Part shown: positions 33,269-40,000 of the stretch, in pieces
How positions within the stretch are numbered: position 1 is the first letter of the stretch
How the letters are laid out: each line of letters begins with the position of its first letter
Origin: Phycisphaera sp.
GTDB lineage: Bacteria; Planctomycetota; Phycisphaerae; Phycisphaerales; Phycisphaeraceae
Length of the DNA: 40,000 nucleotides
Direction of reading: 5' to 3'
Assembly: GCA_016125215.1 (NCBI GenBank)
Contig: WGMF01000021.1
Coordinates: 10,439-50,438, forward strand
Notes under the pieces: generated by a model
Seen by the model: the letters and a program-made list of their open reading frames with translations, nothing else
The model's database searches: none
Told to the model about the DNA's origin: nothing
Translations under genes and position numbers: made by a program

Positions 33269-35656
33269 TCAGACCTGTAAGGTCAGGTCCGTGGATCGGC
33301 TGAGCTTGTGAGTCTGGCCCTTCCAATAGAGCGTCCCCTCGGTGGCCTCGGGGAGCTTGACCTGCGTCTTCCATTGACCGCCGACCAGTTTCATCGCCAG
33401 CTCGACCTTGCCTGCCGGGTGGGGGATGACGCTGGAGATTTCGGTCAGTGACCCGGGGCTGGGCGTGATGCGGACGGACTTGAACCCCGGGCTCGCAGGT
33501 TGGATGCCGGCCAGGCTCGCGTGCATGTGGAAGAGCGGGTGGCTCGACCAGGCGTGGCAATCGCTCCTCGAAGGCTCGGGCGATTCGAGCGGGGTCTTCA
33601 TGCCCATCGCGACCATCTGTTTCCAGAAGTCGAACTTCTTCAGGATCAGATCGCCCCGGCCGAATTTCGCGTAGGTCTCCAGGAGGTAGTACATGAAATA
33701 GACCGTCGTGCGGAGCAGGTCGGGCGCGGTGATGAGCGACTCGAAACACCCGGCTTCGAGGTGCGGGTAGTAGCCGCTGAGCAGCGCCAGACACTGCGCG
33801 TGCTCGCTGTATCGCGTGTGAGCGGGGTCCTCAGCGAAGAGGTTTCGCTCTTTGTTCCAGAACTTTTCCTCGACGGCCCCGGCGATGCGCGAGGCCCAGG
33901 CACGGTTGTAGTCCGCAAGGTGCTTTTCGCCCAGGTGGGTTTCGACCTCCGCCGCGGCGTTGAGCGCGTTGACGAAGAGCAGGTTCACGAGGCTCGAGAC
34001 GCTCTGGTTGGGGCCGGGGTTGTTGACGAAGCTCAGGTGGTCGACCCAGTCCATGAAGCTCCACCCGGGCAGCGCGGGCAGCAACGGCGAGTGCGTGTCC
34101 GGCAGGGCCTTGAACTCCTCGAGCATGCAGCGCATCCCCTTGACACGCTGCATGAGAAACGCCGGGTTGTTCCGCCAATACAGGTAGTCGCGCAGCATGA
34201 GAACCCAGATCATCGAGAACGTGCAACTAAGTTGCTTGGGCTGGCTGGGCGTGCGTTCGTGGACGAAACCCGTCTCCTGCCTCGACCAGTCGAAGATCTC
34301 CAGCCCCCGCTGGACCAGGCGGTCTTCGCTGTTCATGACGTAGGCGGTGAGCATCTGGATGCGCGTGTCGCCGGAGTACATGAGCTGCTCGTAATAAGGG
34401 CAGTCCATGAACGTCTCGTGCGAGCACATCTGGATGCCGCGCGTCGCGAGCTTGACCACGGGCTGGAGATCGGCATCACTGCCAGTGAACGTGCTGTTGT
34501 TTTCGATGGGCATCCTGCTCTCGAAGACGCGCAGGGCCTCGAGCGTGAGCGGTTCGCCACCGGTCTGGACGGTGATGCGTGCGTAGCGTCCTGCCCGCCA
34601 CCAGAAGGTGTGAAACGTGCGCTTCGGGCCGTCGGGGAGGAACGTGTCGCCATAGCCGAGGAAGGTCTTGCCCTTGACCTGGCCGCGGTGGCCTTTGTTC
34701 GCGTGGGGCTTGACCTCGATTGCGTTTTGTGTTTCGTAACACGACTCGGCCCATTCGATCTTGACCTGCGCACCCGTGCCGCCGGTCGTGGTCAGTTCGG
34801 GGTAAACGCAGTGGTATTCATCGAGGTCCCAGAGCACGACGGTGCGTGTGTTGGCAGGGACCGTCACCGGGGCGCGGCCCTCGACAAACGCCTGCCACCT
34901 CGGGTCGGGTGCAGCGTCGTCATGCGGGAAGGGCGCATCGTCTGCGATGTCGCTCACGCACCGCACGCGCCCGCCGCCGACGGGCCTGCGGAGCTGCTCG
35001 GGCAGCCTCGTCGGGTAGAGCTTCCACCCCGGCTGGATTGTGCCCGATTCGTTGTGCCTCCCCGAGTCGCGCACGACGACCGGATCAACCGCCGCGGGGG
35101 GGGTGAAGAACGCCTTGCCGTCTATTCTATAGTTAGGTCCGACCACGAAGAACCCACGCAACGCCGCCTTCTCCGGCGTCACCCCATTGAGCTTCGTCAC
35201 CTTCCACGGCGCGCTGCCGGTATTCAGGTCGATCGGTGAGTTCTCGGCAAACAACACGAAGCCCGGCTCGATGCACGTCTGCGCCCACGGACGCCACATC
35301 GGGCCGACACCCGAGAAATAAACCTCCGCAAGCAGCGTGTGCCTGCCCGCTTCAAGTGAAACGCGGTAGCTGTGGAAGCTCCAGTGTTCGAGGTCGGCCC
35401 GGTCCGGGCCCATGCCCATGAACTGCCCGTCACAGAACATCTCGAACCGGCAGTCGGCGCTGACGTGCAGATCGATCGTCGCCCCGGCTTCGAGCGTAAA
35501 GCCGAGCGTGAAGTGGCAGAAGTTTGGATCAGCCGCGTTAACGTGCGGGTGGCGGACCCATTTGCCTTTGTGGATCGGGTACTGATGGCGGATGTTGTTG
35601 TCCGCCGCCAGAGGCGCAGCGGGGAGAGAGAAACGTTCAAACTTGATGTGACTCAT
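33269..35656 (-). CDS. Six-hairpin glycoside hydrolase, alpha-L-rhamnosidase-like (GH78-related)
   Basis: 'ETFMDCPYYEQLMYSGDTRIQ' and 'DCHAWSSHPLFH' resemble the Bac_rhamnosidase (alpha/alpha)6 catalytic domain. ATG 35656 (MSHIKFERF...) is preferred over the listed GTG 35734. No signal peptide is seen. Confidence 0.6.
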   Translation of the reverse strand: MSHIKFERFSLPAAPLAADNNIRHQYPIHKGKWVRHPHVNAADPNFCHFTLGFTLEAGATIDLHVSADCRFEMFCDGQFMGMGPDRADLEHWSFHSYRVSLEAGRHTLLAEVYFSGVGPMWRPWAQTCIEPGFVLFAENSPIDLNTGSAPWKVTKLNGVTPEKAALRGFFVVGPNYRIDGKAFFTPPAAVDPVVVRDSGRHNESGTIQPGWKLYPTRLPEQLRRPVGGGRVRCVSDIADDAPFPHDDAAPDPRWQAFVEGRAPVTVPANTRTVVLWDLDEYHCVYPELTTTGGTGAQVKIEWAESCYETQNAIEVKPHANKGHRGQVKGKTFLGYGDTFLPDGPKRTFHTFWWRAGRYARITVQTGGEPLTLEALRVFESRMPIENNSTFTGSDADLQPVVKLATRGIQMCSHETFMDCPYYEQLMYSGDTRIQMLTAYVMNSEDRLVQRGLEIFDWSRQETGFVHERTPSQPKQLSCTFSMIWVLMLRDYLYWRNNPAFLMQRVKGMRCMLEEFKALPDTHSPLLPALPGWSFMDWVDHLSFVNNPGPNQSVSSLVNLLFVNALNAAAEVETHLGEKHLADYNRAWASRIAGAVEEKFWNKERNLFAEDPAHTRYSEHAQCLALLSGYYPHLEAGCFESLITAPDLLRTTVYFMYYLLETYAKFGRGDLILKKFDFWKQMVAMGMKTPLESPEPSRSDCHAWSSHPLFHMHASLAGIQPASPGFKSVRITPSPGSLTEISSVIPHPAGKVELAMKLVGGQWKTQVKLPEATEGTLYWKGQTHKLSRSTDLTLQV

Positions 35657-35752
35657 GGCGGTGTTGATTCCACGGTTGCGGGGAGGGGGTTGGAAAGACC
35701 GCAACAGTGTAATCGCATCCGGCCCTGTGTTCACCGGGAACGAGGCTACGGG

Positions 35753-36952
35753 CTACAACCCCGTCCGCCGTTTGGCACGGTACGCCGACGGCGACAAACC
35801 CTCTTCACGCACGAAGGTTTCATACAACACACGCACGTTGTTGAACCCCGAGTCGCGCACGAGGGTTTTGATCGGTGTGTCGTTCTCACTCAGCCGACGC
35901 TTGAGCCTCTCGAGTCGGCAGCGTGTGATCTCCTGCATGACCGAACGGTCGAGGACCTTGCGGAACCGTCGTTCGAGCGTCCGCCGGGTGGAGGCCGCCT
36001 GGAACGCCACGTCCTTGACGCCGATGCGTTCGTGCGCATGTTCGAGGATGTACCGCATCGCGCCGGCGACGAGCGGGTCACGCACACTCGTGGCATCGGT
36101 TGAGCGGCGAGGGTGCAGGGCACGCGGTTCGATGTGCAAGATCTCCCGTGCCCTCTGGCTGGTGCGATCGTTCATCAGCCTGTGCAGCATGGCCGCGGCC
36201 TCGTAGCCCACCCGGCGATACCCCAGGTCTATGGCCGTGAGCGATGGCGTCGTGAGCATGCAGAGGTTCGGCTCGTTCTCGGCACAAACCAGCCCCACGT
36301 CGTGCGGGACCTTGTAACCCAGATCGCCCGCCACGTCCGCGGTGTAGCGACACAACCAGTCGCTGGGTACGAACAAACCGATCGGCTTGGGTTGTTGTGC
36401 AAGCCAACCACGGACCATCTCCGACCATCGCTTCCAGACGCGGACGTTGGCATCGACCACGCGCGGCGCCAGCAACTGTGAACACGCAAAGCCTTGACCA
36501 TTGATCACACCGGCAAACCCATTGGACTCACCGCCGATCAACGTCCCGTCGCACATCTCAGCCTGCGAGGGCAAGCCCCGGTTGACGATATACCCGAATC
36601 GCTCAAAGCCGCGCGAGACCAGGTGCTGTGCCACCATGCGGCCGGCCGCGGCAAAGTCGGGGAAGACACAGTTGATCGGCACGGACACCAGCGAGTCACG
36701 CCAGACATCGACCACGGGCACGCCGACCTTCGTCGCCAGTTTGACCAGCTCCGGCGTCGCCTGTGCCAGGACGCCATCGAACGGCGGGGCCGACCCCGTC
36801 GCGGCCTTGAGTTCCTCGGCTGCGAAGGGCGCCAAGGCACACTCGAGCCCGGGGTGCTCCTTGCTGTACGACCGCACGCCCTGGTAAAGCTCCTGGTCCT
36901 CGGCGTGGACGTGCTGGGTGTTGATGGCAATACCGATCCGCTGCGAACCCAT
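35753..36952 (-). CDS. XylR-like regulator (PBP-type sensor + AraC-type HTH), second copy
   Basis: The C-terminal 'GVKDVAFQAASTRRTLERRFRKVL...IKTLVRDSGFNNVRVLYETFVREEGLSPSAYR' is an AraC HTH. The N-terminal domain is PBP-I-like. Confidence 0.85.
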   Translation of the reverse strand: MGSQRIGIAINTQHVHAEDQELYQGVRSYSKEHPGLECALAPFAAEELKAATGSAPPFDGVLAQATPELVKLATKVGVPVVDVWRDSLVSVPINCVFPDFAAAGRMVAQHLVSRGFERFGYIVNRGLPSQAEMCDGTLIGGESNGFAGVINGQGFACSQLLAPRVVDANVRVWKRWSEMVRGWLAQQPKPIGLFVPSDWLCRYTADVAGDLGYKVPHDVGLVCAENEPNLCMLTTPSLTAIDLGYRRVGYEAAAMLHRLMNDRTSQRAREILHIEPRALHPRRSTDATSVRDPLVAGAMRYILEHAHERIGVKDVAFQAASTRRTLERRFRKVLDRSVMQEITRCRLERLKRRLSENDTPIKTLVRDSGFNNVRVLYETFVREEGLSPSAYRAKRRTGL

Positions 36953-37080
36953 GACTCACAAGCCCTCACGGGAGTCGAAAACCGTTCGTATTGTATGCGA
37001 CAGGCATGCCACACGAAAGCGACACCGCCCGCGCGGGCTTCTACACACAACGCGTTGTGTCGGTCTTGTTGTCGATTGGG

Positions 37081-38037
37081 TCACTTCGCGCCCGGCCACC
37101 GGCCCCACCACGTCTTGAAGAGTTTCCACTGCGATTCGAGGTGGGCCTTCTGGCTGGTGGAGAGTATGTCGGTCGCGTTGATCTGGTGCGCGTATTCCGG
37201 GCTGCCCTCGAGCACCATCAGGTGTTTGTAATACAGCACGAGGTCGGGGCCTTCGTCGAAAGTCGAGAGCACCGAGAGCGCCTCGGTGAGTTCTCCGGCC
37301 CACTGTCTGGCCTGCACGTCGCCTTGCTGCGCCTTTTCACACAGCGCGACGAGGCGCAACACTTGCTTAGGCAGCGCGTTGCCCACACCCGTGATCGCGC
37401 CGGCCGCGCCGCAGTTCACAAAACCGTGGTAGACCTGCGTGTCGACGCCGACCATCAGCACGAGGTCCTTGTCGCCCGACGTGATGTGCTCGGCGGCGTA
37501 GGTCAGTGACGCGGCCCCGCCGAACTCCTTGAACCCCACGAGGCTCGGGAACTTCTTGCGCAGCTCGAAGAACAATTCCGCACGGGTCTGGAACCCGTAG
37601 TAGGGGCTGTTGTAGATCACCGCCGGGATGCCGCCGCCGGCCTCGAGGATGCCGCAGAAGTGCGCGTACTGGGCCGACGGCGACGAGCCACGCGAGAGCA
37701 CACGGGGGATGACCATGAGGCCCGCCGCACCGACCTTCTTCGCGTGGGCCGCGTGTGCCGCGGCGATCTTCGAGTTCTGTGCCCCGGTGCCCACCACGAC
37801 CGGCACGCCGGCTTTGACGAGTTTCTCCACGCCCGTCATGCGCTCTTCGTCGGTGAGCAGCGGCCAGTCGCCCATCGACCCGCAGTAGACCATCGCCCTC
37901 ATGCCCAGCGACATGAGCTCCTTGCCTTTGGCGACCAGCGCGTCAAAGAGCGGTTGGCCTTTCTTATCACAAGGTGTCATCAAAGCGGGGATACACCCCC
38001 GGAAGACGGAATCGGACGGACTCATGGTAGGCTCCAT
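37081..38037 (-). CDS. Dihydrodipicolinate-synthase-family enzyme (likely 2-keto-3-deoxy-sugar-acid dehydratase/aldolase or pyrroline-hydroxy-carboxylate deaminase type)
   Basis: 'IPALMTP', 'MVYCGSMGDWPLLTDEER' and 'GTGAQN' show the DHDPS/NAL fold. It is paired with a KGSADH-type dehydrogenase. ATG 38025 (GGAG 6 nt upstream) is an alternative start. Confidence 0.8.
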   Translation of the reverse strand: MEPTMSPSDSVFRGCIPALMTPCDKKGQPLFDALVAKGKELMSLGMRAMVYCGSMGDWPLLTDEERMTGVEKLVKAGVPVVVGTGAQNSKIAAAHAAHAKKVGAAGLMVIPRVLSRGSSPSAQYAHFCGILEAGGGIPAVIYNSPYYGFQTRAELFFELRKKFPSLVGFKEFGGAASLTYAAEHITSGDKDLVLMVGVDTQVYHGFVNCGAAGAITGVGNALPKQVLRLVALCEKAQQGDVQARQWAGELTEALSVLSTFDEGPDLVLYYKHLMVLEGSPEYAHQINATDILSTSQKAHLESQWKLFKTWWGRWPGAK

Positions 38038-38092
38038 ATCGTGAAAGTTGTGTGATGGTGGATGTTATTCAGCGGGCTTGCATCACTGATCT

Positions 38093-38220
38093 GCCCTCCC
38101 TCTTCAGAGGGAGGGGTTGGGGGAGGGTGTGGCTTGCATACTACGCATGTTGATGACTCACAGAGGTCCCCTCCCCCAGCCCCTCCCCCAGCCCCTCCCC
38201 TTGAAAGAGGAGGGGAGGAA
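38093..38220. repeat. G/C-tract palindromic element in the spacer between two co-directional genes (12-mer CCCCTCCCCCAG x ~3 plus two local hairpins)
   Basis: Hairpin ccctccctc(38094-38102)/gagggaggg(38107-38115). Tandem 12-mers lie at 38168-38200. Hairpin cctcccct(38194-38201)/aggggagg(38211-38218). Positions 38111-38129 are nearly the reverse complement of part of 38169-38199. Confidence 0.8.
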
Positions 38221-38235
38221 ATCAAAGTCGGATGT

Positions 38236-39780
38236 TCAGCCTTTGTTGGCCACCGTGTCGCGCAGGACAGCGGGCAGGCGGTGGGGGCGGACGTTGTCGT
38301 AGCACGCAAGTCGTGTGAAGCGGCGCATCGAAGCCGGCAGGCCGACGGACGTGAAGTGCGGGTGGCCTGTTGCGGGGAACGGCCCGCCGTGGTTCATGGC
38401 CGGGCTGACGGCGACGCCGGTGGGCATCTTGTCGTTGAGCAACCGCCCGACGCGCGTGCGCAGGACCTTGGCCACCGCGGGGTAGTGTTCGTCGTCACGC
38501 CCGTCCTTGGCGGAATAGATGCACCCCGTGAGGTTGCCCTCGCAGTGACGCAGGGCCTTGGCCAGTTCACCCGTGTTCTTCACGACGACCGCAAGCGTGG
38601 CATTGCCAAAAGCCTCGGTCTGCAGGGCGACGGGGTTCTTGACGAATTGTTCGCCGGTCACACGTAACAAAGTGTTAGACCACGCATACCCCGCGCGGTC
38701 GGCGGGCTTGGCGCCGGTCACGACCGATGCACCGGCTTTGACGATTGTCTGGATGCCCTCGTCCAGCCCGGTCATCGTGCCCTTGCTCAAGAGCGTCCCG
38801 CACGGCGAGGCTGCGTATTTCTCGGCCAGCGCCTTGAGGAAGCCCTCGGTTGCCTGGCCCTCGACGAGGAAGACCAGCCCCGGGTTCGTGCAGAACTGGC
38901 CCGTGCCCATCAGCGCACTGGTGGTCAGTTCCGTCACGACTTCTTCCGCCCGTTCTGCCAAAGCCCCCGGCAGGATCACCACCGGGTTGACGCTGGACAT
39001 CTCGAGATAGATCGGCTTGCCCACCGCATCGGCGGCGTGTTTGAGCGACATGCCCGCGGTGCGTGACCCGGTGAAAGCCGCGGCCCCGAGGCGCGGGTCG
39101 CTGACCATGCGCGTGCCGTCCTCGCGCTTCATGCCGTAGATCAACTGCACGGTGCCGGGGGGCATCCCGGTGGCCACCGCCGCCTCGTGTGCGCAACGGG
39201 CTAACAACCTGCAAGTCGCCGGGTGGCTCGAGTGCGCCTTGGCCAGCACGGGGTTGCCCGCCGCGACCGCCGCTGCGAAGTCGCCGCCCGCGATGCCGTT
39301 GAACGCCAACGGGAAATTATTCGGCCCGAACACCGCCGTAGGCCCGATGGGTTCGAGCACGGAACAGATGTTGGTCTTGCGGTCGATCACAGGCAAACGC
39401 CACGACGGGTCGAGCGCACAGGCCGCCGCCTGACGCAACTGGTCGATGGTGCGGACGAGTTCGACTTCCTGCAACCGGGGCTTGACGGGGTAGCCGGTCT
39501 CTTCGCTGGCGGTGGTGGCAATCTCGTGGGCACGCGCATCGAGCTTGTCCGCGTAGGCCCTGAGAAACTCGGCCAGCTTCGTCCCGGGCATATCCAGCAT
39601 CGCTTCAAACGCCTCGGCCGCGGCGGTCAGGGCTTCGTCGATATCCGACCAGTCGCTGACGGGGAACAGCGCGGGCAGCTTCTGGCCTGTTGCCGGATTG
39701 TCCGCCTGAAAGGTCTTGACCACCTTGGCCTGCCGCCACTGGCCGGCAATCAGCACGGGGGATGGGGTTGTGTCTGCCAT
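38236..39780 (-). CDS. Aldehyde dehydrogenase, alpha-ketoglutaric semialdehyde (2,5-dioxovalerate) dehydrogenase type
   Basis: 'FGPNNFPLAFNGIAGGDFAAAVAAGNPVLAKAHSSHP', 'EMSSVNPVVILPGAL' and 'GQFCTNPG' match the KGSADH subgroup of ALDHs. AAGGAG lies 9 nt before ATG 39780. Confidence 0.8.
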   Translation of the reverse strand: MADTTPSPVLIAGQWRQAKVVKTFQADNPATGQKLPALFPVSDWSDIDEALTAAAEAFEAMLDMPGTKLAEFLRAYADKLDARAHEIATTASEETGYPVKPRLQEVELVRTIDQLRQAAACALDPSWRLPVIDRKTNICSVLEPIGPTAVFGPNNFPLAFNGIAGGDFAAAVAAGNPVLAKAHSSHPATCRLLARCAHEAAVATGMPPGTVQLIYGMKREDGTRMVSDPRLGAAAFTGSRTAGMSLKHAADAVGKPIYLEMSSVNPVVILPGALAERAEEVVTELTTSALMGTGQFCTNPGLVFLVEGQATEGFLKALAEKYAASPCGTLLSKGTMTGLDEGIQTIVKAGASVVTGAKPADRAGYAWSNTLLRVTGEQFVKNPVALQTEAFGNATLAVVVKNTGELAKALRHCEGNLTGCIYSAKDGRDDEHYPAVAKVLRTRVGRLLNDKMPTGVAVSPAMNHGGPFPATGHPHFTSVGLPASMRRFTRLACYDNVRPHRLPAVLRDTVANKG

Positions 39781-39827
39781 CTTGGGTCACTCCTTTGAAT
39801 CTACTTGGTTGCGGCATCGAAATCAGC

Positions 39828-39911
39828 CGCAGAGTACGCAGAGTACGCTGAGAGGAAAGTAAAGATCATCATTTTTGATTTGCTTTCTCCGCGATCTCTG
39901 CGATCTCTGCG
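39828..39911. repeat. Inverted pair of trimeric nonamer arrays (CGCAGAGTA type) with a 30-nt A/T-rich centre
   Basis: Positions 39828-39854 read cgcagagta cgcagagta cgctgagag. The reverse complement of 39885-39911 reads cgcagagat cgcagagat cgcggagaa, 21/27 identical. Confidence 0.8.
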
Positions 39912-40000
39912 GTAATATGTTTTCTTGGTATGTCACAGTGTATTAGTGAAACGACTCAACTCAATTGCAGTTTACTCGTCTGTGTCAGGTACACGGGGAT

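Overview
High-GC (about 60%) bacterial chromosome segment. The gene content looks planctomycete-like (Phycisphaerae/Planctomycetia style), which is inference only: PEP-CTERM proteins, XylR-type regulators, Gfo/Idh/MocA and xylose-isomerase-like TIM genes, and archaeal-type H4MPT/methanofuran C1 genes. Order of content: 3' part of a Wzc-like tyrosine kinase plus a WecA-like transferase; rpsB-tsf; sugar oxidoreductase/isomerase genes; ilvE; truD. Next comes an H4MPT/methanofuran block: mfnB-like on +, and an overlapping-gene operon on - (fhcD-fhcC-mch-RimK-like-CitG-like-ATP-grasp-hydantoinase-like-amino-acid-kinase), then pterin dehydratase and a DHPS-related gene. These are followed by MutT, an orphan promoter/terminator unit (candidate sRNA), an O-methyltransferase, gdhA and lutA/lutB. 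Then a large secreted DUF4139 protein, recA, and a carbohydrate-type locus (2 XylR-like regulators, 2 PEP-CTERM proteins, a GH78-like hydrolase, a DHDPS-family enzyme and a KGSADH-type aldehyde dehydrogenase). The accessory signal is concentrated in three places. First, a low-GC GxxExxY (PD-(D/E)XK) cassette with an in-frame TAG sits between lutA and lutB, flanked by 27-nt inverted repeats. Second, a ParE/RelE-type toxin (in-frame TAA) with its antitoxin is inserted behind lutB, bracketed by ~90-bp direct repeats that duplicate the lutB 3' end. Third, a family of intergenic elements is built from three tandem 7-12-nt units, mostly arranged as inverted pairs, at 8 or more loci; one pair encloses a 718-bp non-coding island downstream of recA. 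No rRNA, tRNA or CRISPR array was found. All functional calls come from motif recognition by eye, without database searches.
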